A DNA stretch of 64,000 nt, from assembly GCF_017348835.2 (NCBI RefSeq), contig NZ_CP071375.1. One strand, 5' to 3'. Within the stretch, counting starts at the first letter, position 1, and each line of letters opens with the position of its first letter. Source of the DNA: Escherichia coli. Its GTDB lineage: Bacteria; Pseudomonadota; Gammaproteobacteria; Enterobacterales; Enterobacteriaceae. Positions 12,585 through 25,458 of this stretch are shown here, piece by piece. The position numbers and the translations under genes were made by a program. The notes beneath the pieces are model-generated. The model had not been told where the DNA came from. It did no database searches and saw only the letters and a list, made by a program, of their open reading frames with translations.

Positions 12585-15500
12585 ATGGCGAATTTCTTTA
12601 TTGATCGCCCCATTTTTGCCTGGGTGCTGGCAATCCTGTTGTGTCTGACAGGTACCCTGGCGATTTTTTCATTGCCCGTTGAACAATACCCCGATCTCGC
12701 GCCACCGAATGTGCGAGTGACCGCTAACTATCCCGGCGCATCGGCCCAGACGCTGGAAAACACCGTGACCCAGGTTATCGAGCAAAATATGACCGGCCTC
12801 GATAATCTCATGTATATGTCATCTCAGAGCAGTGGCACCGGTCAGGCATCTGTCACTTTAAGTTTTAAAGCAGGCACCGATCCGGACGAAGCCGTGCAGC
12901 AAGTACAAAACCAGCTGCAATCAGCCATGCGAAAGTTACCGCAGGCGGTGCAAAATCAGGGCGTGACGGTGCGTAAAACCGGCGATACCAATATTCTGAC
13001 CATTGCTTTCGTCTCTACCGATGGTTCGATGGATAAACAGGATATTGCTGATTATGTTGCCAGTAATATTCAGGATCCGTTAAGCCGCGTGAATGGCGTC
13101 GGGGATATCGATGCCTATGGTTCGCAATATTCCATGCGTATCTGGCTGGACCCGGCGAAACTCAACAGTTTCCAGATGACAGCTAAAGATGTCACTGATG
13201 CCATTGAGTCACAGAACGCGCAGATTGCGGTTGGGCAACTTGGGGGTACACCTTCCGTCGATAAGCAGGCGCTCAACGCCACCATTAACGCCCAGTCACT
13301 GCTGCAAACACCAGAACAGTTCCGCGATATCACCTTGCGGGTGAATCAGGACGGCTCAGAAGTAAGGCTGGGCGATGTCGCCACCGTCGAAATGGGGGCG
13401 GAGAAATACGATTATCTTAGCCGCTTCAATGGTAAGCCAGCCTCCGGGTTGGGGGTAAAACTGGCCTCCGGCGCAAACGAAATGGCGACAGCGGAGCTGG
13501 TGCTCAATCGTCTCAACGAGCTGGCGCAGTATTTCCCGCATGGACTGGAATACAAGGTGGCGTATGAAACCACCTCGTTTGTTAAAGCCTCCATTGAAGA
13601 CGTGGTGAAAACGCTGCTGGAAGCTATCGCTCTGGTTTTCCTCGTTATGTATCTGTTCCTGCAAAACTTCCGCGCCACGCTGATACCCACTATCGCCGTG
13701 CCGGTGGTGTTGATGGGAACCTTCTCCGTACTTTACGCCTTCGGTTACAGCGTCAACACCTTAACCATGTTCGCGATGGTGCTGGCGATCGGTCTGCTGG
13801 TGGATGACGCCATCGTGGTGGTGGAAAACGTCGAACGTATTATGAGTGAGGAAGGACTCACTCCTCGCGAAGCCACACGTAAATCGATGGGGCAGATCCA
13901 GGGGGCACTGGTCGGGATTGCGATGGTGCTTTCGGCGGTATTTGTACCAATGGCCTTCTTCGGCGGCACCACCGGTGCCATCTATCGCCAGTTCTCTATT
14001 ACCATTGTTGCGGCGATGGTGCTGTCAGTACTGGTAGCGATGATCCTCACTCCGGCTCTGTGTGCCACGCTACTTAAGCCACTGAAAAAAGGTGAGCATC
14101 ACGGGCAAAAAGGCTTTTTTGCCTGGTTTAACCAGATGTTTAACCGCAACGCCGAACGCTACGAAAAAGGGGTGGCGAAAATTCTCCACCGTAGCCTGCG
14201 CTGGATTGTGATTTATGTCCTGCTGCTTGGCGGCATGGTGTTCCTGTTCCTGCGTTTGCCGACGTCGTTCTTACCGCTGGAAGACCGGGGCATGTTTACT
14301 ACCTCGGTACAATTGCCCAGCGGTTCAACCCAACAACAGACCCTGAAAGTCGTTGAGCAAATCGAGAAATATTACTTCACCCATGAAAAAGACAACATCA
14401 TGTCGGTGTTTGCCACCGTTGGCTCTGGCCCTGGGGGCAACGGGCAAAACGTGGCGCGAATGTTTATCCGCCTGAAAGACTGGAGCGAACGCGACAGTAA
14501 GACCGGCACCTCATTTGCCATTATCGAGCGTGCAACGAAGGCGTTTAACAAGATTAAAGAAGCTCGCGTTATCGCCAGCAGCCCGCCAGCAATTAGCGGT
14601 CTTGGTAGTTCTGCGGGTTTTGATATGGAGTTGCAGGACCACGCTGGAGCAGGTCACGATGCGCTGATGGCAGCACGTAACCAGTTGCTGGCGCTGGCGG
14701 CGGAAAACCCGGAGCTAACCCGTGTGCGCCATAACGGCCTCGATGACAGTCCGCAGTTGCAGATTGATATCGACCAGCGTAAAGCTCAGGCGCTGGGCGT
14801 TGCTATCGACGATATTAACGACACACTGCAAACCGCCTGGGGTTCGAGCTATGTGAATGACTTTATGGATCGCGGTCGCGTGAAGAAAGTCTATGTGCAG
14901 GCAGCTGCGCCGTATCGCATGCTGCCAGATGACATCAATCTCTGGTATGTCCGAAATAAAGATGGCGGCATGGTGCCCTTCTCTGCTTTCGCGACCTCAC
15001 GCTGGGAGACAGGCTCGCCGCGTCTGGAACGCTATAACGGTTATTCTGCGGTTGAGATTGTTGGGGAAGCCGCACCGGGGGTCAGTACCGGTACGGCGAT
15101 GGATATTATGGAATCGTTAGTGAAGCAGTTGCCAAACGGCTTTGGTCTGGAGTGGACGGCGATGTCGTATCAGGAGCGGCTTTCCGGCGCGCAGGCTCCG
15201 GCGCTGTACGCTATTTCCTTGCTGGTGGTATTCCTGTGTCTGGCTGCATTGTATGAAAGCTGGTCGGTACCGTTCTCGGTAATGCTGGTCGTGCCGCTGG
15301 GGGTTATCGGCGCGCTGCTGGCAACCTGGATGCGGGGGCTGGAAAACGACGTTTACTTCCAGGTGGGCCTGTTAACGGTCATTGGTTTATCGGCGAAAAA
15401 CGCCATCCTGATCGTCGAGTTTGCTAACGAGATGAACCAAAAAGGCCACGACCTGTTTGAAGCGACGCTCCACGCCTGCCGTCAGCGTTTACGCCCGATT

Positions 15501-15698
15501 CTGATGACCTCGCTGGCATTTATCTTCGGCGTATTGCCAATGGCAACCAGCACGGGTGCCGGTTCCGGTGGTCAGCATGCGGTGGGTACTGGCGTAATGG
15601 GCGGGATGATTTCAGCTACTATTCTGGCTATTTACTTCGTGCCGCTGTTCTTTGTGCTGGTGCGCCGCCGCTTCCCGCTGAAGCCGCGCCCGGAATAA
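12585..15698 (+). CDS. acrD: RND-family aminoglycoside efflux pump AcrD
   Basis: 1037-aa ORF with 12-TM RND transporter architecture ([15 protein letters not shown]-terminus). Confidence 0.95.
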   Translation: MANFFIDRPIFAWVLAILLCLTGTLAIFSLPVEQYPDLAPPNVRVTANYPGASAQTLENTVTQVIEQNMTGLDNLMYMSSQSSGTGQASVTLSFKAGTDPDEAVQQVQNQLQSAMRKLPQAVQNQGVTVRKTGDTNILTIAFVSTDGSMDKQDIADYVASNIQDPLSRVNGVGDIDAYGSQYSMRIWLDPAKLNSFQMTAKDVTDAIESQNAQIAVGQLGGTPSVDKQALNATINAQSLLQTPEQFRDITLRVNQDGSEVRLGDVATVEMGAEKYDYLSRFNGKPASGLGVKLASGANEMATAELVLNRLNELAQYFPHGLEYKVAYETTSFVKASIEDVVKTLLEAIALVFLVMYLFLQNFRATLIPTIAVPVVLMGTFSVLYAFGYSVNTLTMFAMVLAIGLLVDDAIVVVENVERIMSEEGLTPREATRKSMGQIQGALVGIAMVLSAVFVPMAFFGGTTGAIYRQFSITIVAAMVLSVLVAMILTPALCATLLKPLKKGEHHGQKGFFAWFNQMFNRNAERYEKGVAKILHRSLRWIVIYVLLLGGMVFLFLRLPTSFLPLEDRGMFTTSVQLPSGSTQQQTLKVVEQIEKYYFTHEKDNIMSVFATVGSGPGGNGQNVARMFIRLKDWSERDSKTGTSFAIIERATKAFNKIKEARVIASSPPAISGLGSSAGFDMELQDHAGAGHDALMAARNQLLALAAENPELTRVRHNGLDDSPQLQIDIDQRKAQALGVAIDDINDTLQTAWGSSYVNDFMDRGRVKKVYVQAAAPYRMLPDDINLWYVRNKDGGMVPFSAFATSRWETGSPRLERYNGYSAVEIVGEAAPGVSTGTAMDIMESLVKQLPNGFGLEWTAMSYQERLSGAQAPALYAISLLVVFLCLAALYESWSVPFSVMLVVPLGVIGALLATWMRGLENDVYFQVGLLTVIGLSAKNAILIVEFANEMNQKGHDLFEATLHACRQRLRPILMTSLAFIFGVLPMATSTGAGSGGQHAVGTGVMGGMISATILAIYFVPLFFVLVRRRFPLKPRPE

Positions 15699-15703
15699 GC
15701 AAT

Positions 15704-15737
15704 AAAAAAGGCGACATGCCAATGTGTCGCCTTTTTC
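15704..15737. terminator. Rho-independent terminator, probably bidirectional (acrD and ypfM)
   Basis: A-run, stem ggcgaca (15710-16) / tgtcgcc (15725-31), then T-run 15732-36. Confidence 0.7.
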
Positions 15738-15786
15738 AACTTTCCGATTAAGAACTTGCTCAGCAGGTTCTTGCTGTTTGTACTTT

Positions 15787-15846
15787 GTCTCAGGAATTAC
15801 TTACGAAGCATAACTTCAATAAAGTCTTTCCAGTTCCCCAGTTCAC
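15787..15846 (-). CDS. ypfM: Very small protein YpfM (19 aa)
   Basis: Reverse translation gives MIERELGNWKDFIEVMLRK*, matching my recollection of K-12 YpfM; too short for the ORF track. Confidence 0.6.
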
Positions 15847-16218
15847 GTTCAATCATAACAACCTCTCTTATAATTATGGGTATTCTACGGAAACAATATA
15901 CCGTGGTGAAGCTAATTTACTCGATTGCTGCGATGACTACCTCCGGGGGACAAACCTTATGTAAATACTATGGTCCTGCGGTGATGATTTGTATGTGATA
16001 CACAGCAACATTTCGAGATATTCATACGGCATCTAATACTGATTTAATTCTGGTTAAAATACAGACAGATAACAAGATGAATATTCTTAATGTTTACGTT
16101 AAAAATGTTTAATATTATTTAATAGTTGTTAATTTGAATACTTCGATAATGTTATATTTCCTGATAATCATTTGCAGGCAAAATGTTTTCACCCTTAAAT
16201 GAGTATTTATTCTCATAA

Positions 16219-16593
<375 letters not shown>

Positions 16594-16596
16594 TCT

Positions 16597-17724
16597 ATGT
16601 CGTGCCCGGTTATTGAGCTGACACAACAGCTTATTCGCCGCCCTTCCCTGAGTCCTGATGACGCAGGATGCCAGGCTTTGTTGATTGAACGTTTGCAGGC
16701 GATCGGTTTTACCGTTGAACGCATGGACTTTGCCGATACGCAGAATTTTTGGGCATGGCGTGGGCAAGGTGAAACATTGGCCTTTGCCGGGCATACCGAC
16801 GTGGTGCCGCCTGGCGACGCCGATCGTTGGATCAATCCGCCGTTTGAACCAACCATTCGTGACGGCATGTTATTCGGGCGCGGTGCGGCAGATATGAAAG
16901 GCTCGCTGGCGGCGATGGTGGTAGCTGCAGAACGTTTTGTCGCACAACATCCCAACCATACGGGGCGACTGGCATTTCTGATCACCTCTGATGAAGAAGC
17001 CAGTGCACACAATGGTACGGTAAAAGTCGTCGAAGCGTTAATGGCACGTAATGAGCGTCTCGATTACTGCCTGGTCGGCGAACCGTCGAGTATCGAAGTG
17101 GTAGGTGATGTAGTGAAAAATGGTCGTCGCGGATCGTTAACCTGCAACCTAACCATTCATGGCGTTCAGGGGCATGTTGCCTACCCACATCTGGCTGACA
17201 ATCCGGTACATCGCGCAGCACCTTTCCTTAATGAATTAGTGGCTATTGAGTGGGATCAGGGCAATGAATTCTTCCCGGCGACCAGTATGCAGATTGCCAA
17301 TATTCAGGCGGGAACAGGCAGTAACAACGTTATTCCGGGTGAACTGTTTGTGCAGTTTAACTTCCGCTTCAGCACCGAACTGACTGATGAGATGATCAAA
17401 GCGCAGGTGCTTGCCCTGCTTGAAAAACATCAACTGCGCTATACGGTGGATTGGTGGCTTTCCGGGCAGCCATTTTTGACCGCGCGCGGTAAACTGGTGG
17501 ATGCGGTCGTTAACGCGGTTGAGCACTATAATGAAATTAAACCGCAGCTACTGACCACAGGCGGAACGTCCGACGGGCGCTTTATTGCCCGCATGGGGGC
17601 GCAGGTGGTGGAACTCGGGCCGGTCAATGCCACTATTCATAAAATTAATGAATGTGTGAACGCTGCCGACCTGCAGCTACTTGCCCGTATGTATCAACGT
17701 ATCATGGAACAGCTCGTCGCGTGA
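16597..17724 (+). CDS. dapE: Succinyl-diaminopimelate desuccinylase
   Basis: 375-aa M20 peptidase-family ORF ([15 protein letters not shown] motifs). Confidence 0.95.
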
Positions 17725-17751
17725 TGAGTGGTTCTGCAAGAGGAAATAAGC

Positions 17752-17952
17752 ATGGACTGGCTGGCTAAATATTGGTGGATTCTGGTGATTGTCTTTTTGG
17801 TAGGCGTCCTGCTGAACGTGATTAAAGATCTCAAGCGCGTCGACCATAAGAAATTTCTCGCCAACAAGCCGGAGCTTCCCCCGCATCGTGATTTCAACGA
17901 TAAGTGGGACGATGACGACGACTGGCCGAAAAAGGATCAACCGAAGAAGTAA
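17752..17952 (+). CDS. ypfN: Small membrane protein YpfN
   Basis: ORF 17728..17952; the 66-aa product from [17 protein letters not shown] has one TM helix and an acidic tail. Confidence 0.8.
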
Positions 17953-17954
17953 GC

Positions 17955-18050
17955 TAAGTGGCCGGATAAGGCGTTAACGCCGCATCCGGCAATGGTGAAC
18001 GATGCCTGATACGACGCATCACGCGTCTTATCAGGCCTGGTAATCTGTCT
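17955..18050. repeat. REP element pair
   Basis: ggccggataaggcgttaacgccgcatccggca ... cgtcttatcaggcctgg; typical REP palindromes. Confidence 0.75.
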
Positions 18051-18051
18051 T

Positions 18052-18750
18052 TTACATCATTTCAATCACATCATCATCGCCAGGCTTACCGCCACTTAGC
18101 GCTTCGTCGAAATAATGTTTCGGAATGGTATAACGCAAGTGATCCAGGGCAAATTGCATACTGCGATTGTCGATCGCATGGCCTAAATCCTCCACGATAT
18201 CCAGCGTCACGTCACCACCGGCACTGATTAACGCTTCCTGCGCCGCAACCGCATGCGCCAGATCGATAACCGGATCTTCACCGCCATGAATCAGGTGAAT
18301 TGTCGTTGCTGTAGACGCGGTTTCCGGCAGGCTCGCATAGCGTCCGTTAAAGGCAATGACGCGCGAAGCAAGGCCCGGTTCGGCTTTAATGCTCTCCAGC
18401 GCCATAATCGCGCCTTGTGAGAAACCAATTAGCGCCGTGGCGTTAGCCCCTACTCCGCTCTGTTTCTGCCAGTAGCGCACCGTCTCAATAAACGTCGGCA
18501 TGATGGCATCCACACGCGCCTGGCGATTATCTTCCGTAATACCCTGCACCGAAAACCACTGACGCCCCGCCGGATTACCGCTCGGCTCCGCGCCTCCGAC
18601 ACTCACCACCAGCGCATCCGGGAACAACGGTGCAAACCAACTGCCAATCTCCCCCATCGCTACTGGGTTATCACCGACGCCGTGAAAAAGCAGCAATAAC
18701 TGTTGCGCAGGTTTATCCGGGCTTTGAACAACAAAATGGTCATGTTTCAT
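18052..18750 (-). CDS. ypfH: Alpha/beta-hydrolase esterase YpfH
   Basis: ORF 18052..18774; 232-aa product from MKHDHFVV with a GFSQG serine-hydrolase nucleophile elbow. Confidence 0.9.
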   Translation of the reverse strand: MKHDHFVVQSPDKPAQQLLLLFHGVGDNPVAMGEIGSWFAPLFPDALVVSVGGAEPSGNPAGRQWFSVQGITEDNRQARVDAIMPTFIETVRYWQKQSGVGANATALIGFSQGAIMALESIKAEPGLASRVIAFNGRYASLPETASTATTIHLIHGGEDPVIDLAHAVAAQEALISAGGDVTLDIVEDLGHAIDNRSMQFALDHLRYTIPKHYFDEALSGGKPGDDDVIEMM

Positions 18751-18823
18751 GGCGAACTCCTTAACTGATGTCATTAATTTTACGCCGCTGACTCACAATG
18801 ACCATGGGAGAAAATTGAAGGAG

Positions 18824-20839
18824 TCAGTGAAAAAATTGCCATTGCGTTATGCGATCGCGCAGACGCTCAGTGCGAACCTCATTAAGTGCGAACAGCGCCT
18901 GTGCGGCCTCTTCCCGCTGACGGACCAGTAACATCTTGCGGCCTGAAAGTTTAAGTGTGGTACATAACTGCGCATCACTGGCGTTTTTCTGTAAACGCCC
19001 ACGCAGCGCCGGTAATGCCAGTTCACTGGTTTGTAGCAGACGCAATAAGCAACCTAACGACGTTAATAGCGGACGATGAGCGAAAGCAAAACCGGCCAGT
19101 TCAAGCCAGTCGTCGTCAGAAAGCACGATATCGTTTAGTGGATCAACAGGAAGCATTTCGCCATTCCACTGCGCGAGAGCTTGCGCATCGCGACGTAAAC
19201 GGTAATGCTCACGTTCAGCCAGCTGTTTACCCGCATCACTCATCGGTAACAGCGCCATCGCCGTATAGCAACCGCTGCTGGCTTCACGATGATTACCCAT
19301 TCGCACCAGCACAAAACCGCAGCGTTGCCAGAAACGCCATAACTCCCCGGTGTAACCAAAACTCACCGAAAGATAGTCGAGGCCAGGCCTATATTGCAAA
19401 GCGCTGGCAATGAGCTGTTGCCCAACGCCTTCGCGCTGACGCGCCGGATGGACTGCAATCCGGCTGACCCGCCGTCCACGCAATGTCGCCGCCAGTGGAT
19501 TGCTGCCGTGCGCCGCCAGCGACTGGGCCACCAGATTACCCCGCGGGCGACGAAAACCTGCCCATACCGCCTGACTGAGTTCTTGAGATAATCCACCCTC
19601 ATCCACCAGCCACAGCGCTCCGGCAATCTCGTTTTCGCCAGCCGCCTGTAAAAAATGTTGCCCTGGTGCATCCATCATCCGGCGTAAATCCAGCGGCGAA
19701 GTCCGGTAGTGCGCACCAGACAATAACTGATAAACCTTTAACGGCGTTTCTGGCTCGATTCGCCATAACGTCTGTTCAAATGCGGAAATGACAATATTGC
19801 CTTGTGGTGTATGGGTGAAGTTTTCATCGTCAAAAACCAGTGCATTACTAACCATTTTTTCCAGCGGGCATCCCTGTGCCCAGCGGATCGGCTGTTGTAG
19901 TTCAAAACGGTGTAAATGCGGAAAGCGAGCGCAAAATTTCAGCAAAAAACCACGTCCGGTGCCTTCGTAGCCCTGCACCGTAGTGGTTAACAACGTTCGA
20001 GGAAAACGCGATACCAGTTGATGCAACAACGGCGCAGGTATGGCTGCGGCTTCGTCGACCACCAGCCAGTCGGCTTGCTCATCGCTGGCTAACAAGGCAT
20101 CCGGCGCAATAAAGCGAAACTTCTCGCCCGCAAATTGTGCCAGTACATCCGTTGCCGCTTTTGCGGGCGCAGTGACAATCGCACTACCCGCAATACGAGA
20201 AATGAGTTGCCCTGCCAGCGCCGATTTACCGCGCCCACGCGCAGCAGTTACCGCTGCCACGCCCGACGGCATGGTCAGTAGCTGCTGTAAGAGTTGCTGT
20301 TGTTCTGGTTGTGGTGCGCCGGTCGCGGGGTGCCAGTCAGTACGGGGAGTAAAATGCGCCAACGAGAACGGCTGGTTTTGCCGCCAGAGGATAGCGTCGT
20401 TATCCGCCGTAAGTACGCGTTTGAAATGCTGGACAAAATGCGGCGTCGCAATAGGGTCAGGGCAATCACTCCAGCGCAGCGAGTCGGCATCAGGTTGGTT
20501 TTCCCACTCTTCCCATACAGGGAGTAACAAAACCAGCCAGCTTCCCGCTTTCAACGTTCCGCTAAGTGCGGCAAAGGCAGCGGCATCAAAGCCGTGGCGG
20601 GCGTCGAATACCGCATGCCGGAACTCGCGCCCAAGTAAAGTTTGTAGTGCCGAGGGAGAACAGTGGTTTTCAGCGACTGGCTGCGGCGAAATCCACAGCC
20701 AGTCGCCAGGTAAGGCATCACGCAACTTAAGCGCATGATCAAAACACCAACCCTCTTCCCCGCTCAACACCAGCAAGCGGCGGATCCCTTCACGTTTCAT
20801 TTGCGCTGTTAATGTGTGAAGCGCAGTCAGTTCAGCCAT
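18824..20839 (-). CDS. tmcA: tRNA(Met) cytidine acetyltransferase TmcA
   Basis: 671-aa ORF with Walker A (TAARGRGKS) helicase-like domain and C-terminal GNAT domain. Confidence 0.9.
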   Translation of the reverse strand: MAELTALHTLTAQMKREGIRRLLVLSGEEGWCFDHALKLRDALPGDWLWISPQPVAENHCSPSALQTLLGREFRHAVFDARHGFDAAAFAALSGTLKAGSWLVLLLPVWEEWENQPDADSLRWSDCPDPIATPHFVQHFKRVLTADNDAILWRQNQPFSLAHFTPRTDWHPATGAPQPEQQQLLQQLLTMPSGVAAVTAARGRGKSALAGQLISRIAGSAIVTAPAKAATDVLAQFAGEKFRFIAPDALLASDEQADWLVVDEAAAIPAPLLHQLVSRFPRTLLTTTVQGYEGTGRGFLLKFCARFPHLHRFELQQPIRWAQGCPLEKMVSNALVFDDENFTHTPQGNIVISAFEQTLWRIEPETPLKVYQLLSGAHYRTSPLDLRRMMDAPGQHFLQAAGENEIAGALWLVDEGGLSQELSQAVWAGFRRPRGNLVAQSLAAHGSNPLAATLRGRRVSRIAVHPARQREGVGQQLIASALQYRPGLDYLSVSFGYTGELWRFWQRCGFVLVRMGNHREASSGCYTAMALLPMSDAGKQLAEREHYRLRRDAQALAQWNGEMLPVDPLNDIVLSDDDWLELAGFAFAHRPLLTSLGCLLRLLQTSELALPALRGRLQKNASDAQLCTTLKLSGRKMLLVRQREEAAQALFALNEVRTERLRDRITQWQFFH

Positions 20840-20853
20840 CCCTGCCCCGGAAG

Positions 20854-21717
20854 TTAAATGCTTTTACCAAAAGTATTGCATTGTGCCGGATCGCCGCTGT
20901 CGAAACCACGTTTAAACCAGCTGTAGCGTTGCTGAGAAGTGCCATGAGTGAAACTGTCTGGTACTACTCGCCCCTGACTTTGTTGTTGTAAACGGTCATC
21001 GCCGATGGCCTGCGCCGCGTTCAGCGCCTCTTCCAGATCGCCGGTTTCCAGAACGCCTTGCTGCTGCATACTATGCCCCCAGACACCGGCAAAACAGTCG
21101 GCCTGGAGTTCCATACGCACAGATAAGCGGTTCACTTCCGCCTGCGTCGCGTTTTGTTGCAGTTGACGAACTTTCGGCTCGATGCCTAACAGTTTCTGCA
21201 CATGATGACCGACTTCATGGGCGATAACGTACCCCTGGGCAAAATCGCCATCCGCGCCAAGTTTGTCTTTCATGTCATCATAGAAGGAGAGATCGATATA
21301 AACCGTGCCATCCGCCGGGCAATAGAACGGCCCCATTATGGACTGGCCCGCCCCGCATCCGGTACGCGTCATTCCACGGTACATGACCAGCTTCGGTTGC
21401 TGATAGGTCTTACCCATCTTCTCGAATTGTTGTCCCCAGGTGTCTTCCGTGGTTGCCAGAATCACCGAGGTGAATTTTGCGGCTTCGTCTTCATTTGGGC
21501 TAATTGACCGCGTTGATTGCTGTTGAGAAACCGGCTGCCCGGTCATCAACCCGGTTAAATCAACGCCATAGTAGCCTGCAACCAGCACGACTATCAGTAA
21601 AATCAGCCCGCCTTTACCGCTCGGCAGACGGAAACCGGGACCGCCCATTGACGGACCGCCGGAGCTATTGCGCCTGTCTTCAACATTGTCACTTTCACGT
21701 CGCCCTTGCCAACGCAT
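20854..21717 (-). CDS. ypfJ: Putative zinc metalloprotease YpfJ
   Basis: 287-aa ORF with HEVGHH zinc-binding motif and one N-terminal TM segment. Confidence 0.9.
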
Positions 21718-21884
21718 AGATACCTCAACAATATATTCATTATAGAAATGATCGTAGGTGGTTCAGAGGAAGATTACCACAGGAAAGCGGGATGAAATGG
21801 CGGAGGAATGAGCGTTCAATGCACATCTTACGAGAATGGTTGTCTTGCCGTGTCAGCAGCACGGCAAGATGATGAACAGAAAAA

Positions 21885-22598
21885 TCAGTCCAGCTGTACA
21901 CCCAGGCGGCGGGCGACGGCTTCATAGGCTTCGATCAGGCCACCGAGGCTCTGGCGGAAACGGTCTTTGTCCATTTTCTCCAGCGTTTCTTTGTCCCACA
22001 GGCGGCTACCGTCCGGGGAGAACTCATCACCCAGTACCACTTCGCCTTTGTACAGACCAAATTCCAGCTTGAAGTCGACCAGAATCAGACCAGCATCATC
22101 GAACAGTTTTTTCAGCACGTCGTTCGCTTTGTAGGTCAGCTCTTTCATACGCGCCAGATTCTCTTTGCTTACCCAGCCAAAGGTTTCGCAGTAAGATTCG
22201 TTGACCATCGGATCGTGCATGGCGTCGTTTTTCAGGAACAGATCGAACAGCGGCGGGTTCAGCTCAATACCTTCTTCGATTCCAAGACGTTTCACCAGAG
22301 AGCCCGCAGCACGGTTACGCACGACACACTCAACCGGCACCATATCCAGCTTTTTCACCAGACATTCGGTATCGGAGAGCAGACGCTCCATTTGAGTCGG
22401 GATACCCGCTTCAGCCAGTTTGCTCATAATGAAGTAGTTGAACTTGTTGTTCACCATACCTTTGCGATCAAACTGCTCAATGCGCGCGCCATCCCCTGCT
22501 GACGTATCATTGCGGAATTCGAGCACCAACAGGTCCGGGTTTTCCGTGCTGTATACGGTTTTCGCTTTACCACGATACAACTCAGCTTGCTTTTGCAT
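21885..22598 (-). CDS. purC: Phosphoribosylaminoimidazole-succinocarboxamide synthase
   Basis: ORF 21885..22607; 237-aa product from [16 protein letters not shown] is a SAICAR synthetase. Confidence 0.95.
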
Positions 22599-22661
22599 CT
22601 TTATCACTCCTGGGTGTGAATTAACGTTTTAAAATCTTTTGCTGTCTGGTGTGCCGGATGT

Positions 22662-22693
<32 letters not shown>

Positions 22694-22751
22694 ACGACGT
22701 CCGACAAACAAATTTCGTGCGAATTACCGCTAAAATCGCGTTTTCCTGCCG

Positions 22752-22767
22752 ACGCACACGTTTGCGT
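22752..22767. promoter_or_regulatory. PurR operator (pur box) upstream of purC
   Basis: acgcacacgtttgcgt on the top strand, reverse complement ACGCAAACGTGTGCGT, matching the PurR box consensus aCGCAAACGTTTGCGT. Confidence 0.7.
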
Positions 22768-22810
22768 ATCATATCAGAAAAAAGGGCCGGATGACTCCAG
22801 CCCTGTATTT

Positions 22811-23845
22811 TTACTTGCTAAACGCAGCCTGGAAGACAGCTACCAGCGCGTCGTTCTGACTCTGAGTCAGAGTATGACCTTTCGGATCGATGAACTGTAG
22901 GCTGCTGCGGTTATCTAAATCGCCAACCTGCAGTTTATAGTCACCGGATGCCAGACCTGGATCGCTCGCGCCCAGTTCCTGCCAGTCGCTGTCAGACAGC
23001 GGCTTATAAGTTACGGCCATGTTGCCCTGCGAACGGGTGCTGTCGGTCACTTTCATGCCCACTTTTTCCAGCGCCGCTGGCAGACGTTGCCAAACCACAT
23101 TGAACGGCCCGCGTACGACCAGCATTGGTAAACCGGTGTCATCAGCTGCACTTTGTACGTCCATAGTGGTGGAGGCACGATTTTGCGCAGCGTTCGCGGC
23201 GTCAGTGGCAGATTTATCCAGACCGGCGGAAATAACGTTCATCATCTCCGTGCTGTAACGCTGCATGGAAGCCGCGTCTGCAACCGGTTTGCCCGCCTGT
23301 TCCAGGTTCAGCAGTTTAACCGTAACCGCCTGCTGATAACCCTGCGGCTTAACAGAGATTTGATAACGACCACGATACTGCTCGTCTTCGTCCAGACGGT
23401 TCCATTGTACCCAATCGGTGGTCAGTGTCTGACCAGCATCATCACGTTGGGTGATGGTGTAGTTTTTCGCCTGCAGCACGCTAACCACCTGCGGCCACAG
23501 AGTATTGCCACGGCCATTTTCCACCAGCAATGAAGCGGTATCGCCCGTGAACTGGGTACGCGCGCCAGAAACCAGTGCCAGCGGCTGGGCTGGTGGACGA
23601 ATGTCCAGCGCCTTACCGACAGCACCACTACCGTTGGTCACCGGGATTGCATAATCACCGGAGGTCACCGGCAAAATCATTCCAGCCGGGGCATGAAGCT
23701 CCGCAAGCGGTGCCGCTTCCAGGTAGGCTTCATCACCACTGACCTGACGCTTATAGCGTGAGTCAGAACTACAGGCAGCGAGTAATAAAACAAGCGAAAC
23801 ACCCGCAACCTTTGCCAGGCGCGACTTTTGAACAGAGTAAGCCAT
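22811..23845 (-). CDS. bamC: Outer-membrane assembly lipoprotein BamC
   Basis: 344-aa product from [25 protein letters not shown] with a lipobox (LLAAC). Confidence 0.95.
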
Positions 23846-23861
23846 CAAATCTCCCTAAACT

Positions 23862-24740
23862 TTACAGCAAACCGGCATGCTTAAGCGCCGCTCTGACCGT
23901 CTCACGACCACTGTCGGTGATTGGTGTCATTGGCAGGCGCAGCGTATCGGTCGCCACAAGACCCAGTTCCTTACATGCCCATTTCACCGGGATTGGATTG
24001 GGTTCGACAAATAGTTTGTTGTGTAATGGCATCAGACGCTGATTAATAACGCGTGCCTCGGCAAAATGCCCTTCTGCTGCCAGTTTGCACATCTGGGCCA
24101 TATCACGCGCTGCGACGTTAGCCGTAACGGAAATAACCCCATGACCGCCTAATTGCATGAAGTCCAGCGCGCTCGCATCATCGCCGCTCAGCAGAACAAA
24201 ATCATCTGAAACCAGCTCTTTGATCTGGTTTACACGCGTTAAGTTCCCTGTTGCCTCTTTGATTCCGATAATATTTTTTACTTTCGCCAGACGGCCCACC
24301 GTTTCCGGGAGCAGATCGCAGCCAGTACGGGACGGCACATTATACAGAATTTGCGGCAGGTCAGTATGCTCAGCGATGGCTTTGAAATGCTGATACAAAC
24401 CTTCTTGCGACGGACGATTGTAGTAAGGGGTTACCGTCAGGCAGCCGACGATACCACTGTCATTGAAGCGCTGCGTCAGGCTAATGGCTTCCGCAGTAGC
24501 GTTAGCACCAGTCCCGGCAATCACCGGAATGCGCCCGTCAGCCAGCTCCAGCGTCATCATCACCACATCAGCATGTTCGTCATGATTTAAGGTAGCGGAC
24601 TCGCCAGTGGTGCCAACAGAAACGATCGCCGAAGTACCGCTGGCGACATGATAATCAATCAGTTTTTTCAAGCTAGCCCGACAGACATTACCTTTTTCAT
24701 CCATCGGAGTAACAATCGCGACAATACTTCCCGTGAACAT
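23862..24740 (-). CDS. dapA: 4-hydroxy-tetrahydrodipicolinate synthase
   Basis: ORF 23862..24758; 292-aa product from [13 protein letters not shown] is a DapA-family aldolase. Confidence 0.95.
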   Translation of the reverse strand: MFTGSIVAIVTPMDEKGNVCRASLKKLIDYHVASGTSAIVSVGTTGESATLNHDEHADVVMMTLELADGRIPVIAGTGANATAEAISLTQRFNDSGIVGCLTVTPYYNRPSQEGLYQHFKAIAEHTDLPQILYNVPSRTGCDLLPETVGRLAKVKNIIGIKEATGNLTRVNQIKELVSDDFVLLSGDDASALDFMQLGGHGVISVTANVAARDMAQMCKLAAEGHFAEARVINQRLMPLHNKLFVEPNPIPVKWACKELGLVATDTLRLPMTPITDSGRETVRAALKHAGLL

Positions 24741-24885
24741 GGGCCATCCTCTGTGCAAACAAGTGTCTCAATGGTACGTTTGGTATGGCATTAAAAGCAA
24801 GCAGACAGAACCGTTCTGATTGTTGTATGCATGTTTTTTTTATGCTTTCCTTAAGAACAACTCACCCCTTAAAGGAATAACCAGT

Positions 24886-25458
24886 TTGACACTGTCATCG
24901 CAACATTATCTGGTGATCACTGCGTTGGGTGCCGATCGCCCTGGAATTGTGAACACCATCACCCGTCATGTCAGTAGTTGCGGCTGTAATATTGAAGACA
25001 GTCGCCTGGCGATGCTGGGAGAAGAGTTCACGTTTATCATGCTGCTTTCCGGTTCATGGAATGCCATCACTCTGATTGAATCAACGTTACCGTTGAAAGG
25101 TGCCGAACTGGATCTTTTAATCGTGATGAAGCGCACGACGGCGCGTCCGCGTCCGCCAATGCCAGCATCTGTCTGGGTTCAGGTCGATGTGGCAGACTCC
25201 CCGCATTTAATTGAACGCTTCACAGCACTTTTCGACGCGCATCATATGAACATTGCGGAGCTGGTGTCGCGCACGCAACCTGCTGAAAATGAACGGGCTG
25301 CGCAGTTGCATATTCAGATAACCGCCCACAGCCCCGCATCTGCGGACGCAGCAAATATTGAGCAAGCGTTCAAAGCCCTATGTACAGAACTCAATGCACA
25401 AGGCAGTATTAACGTCGTCAATTATTCCCAACATGATGAACAGGATGGAGTTAAGTAA
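24886..25458 (+). CDS. gcvR: Glycine cleavage system transcriptional repressor GcvR
   Basis: ACT-domain protein; TTG start at 24886 gives the 190-aa product MTLSSQHYLVITALGADRPGIV (the ORF track begins at an upstream Met). Confidence 0.85.
   Translation: MTLSSQHYLVITALGADRPGIVNTITRHVSSCGCNIEDSRLAMLGEEFTFIMLLSGSWNAITLIESTLPLKGAELDLLIVMKRTTARPRPPMPASVWVQVDVADSPHLIERFTALFDAHHMNIAELVSRTQPAENERAAQLHIQITAHSPASADAANIEQAFKALCTELNAQGSINVVNYSQHDEQDGVK

Noticed and set aside
20040-20738. 232-aa plus-strand ORF inside tmcA, and similar long antisense ORFs (e.g. 27616-28191, 29153-29704, 34403-34945, 43413-44111, 45105-46010)
   Set aside because: All lie antisense within strongly supported genes and have Ser/Arg/Ala/Cys-rich low-complexity products; no independent support.
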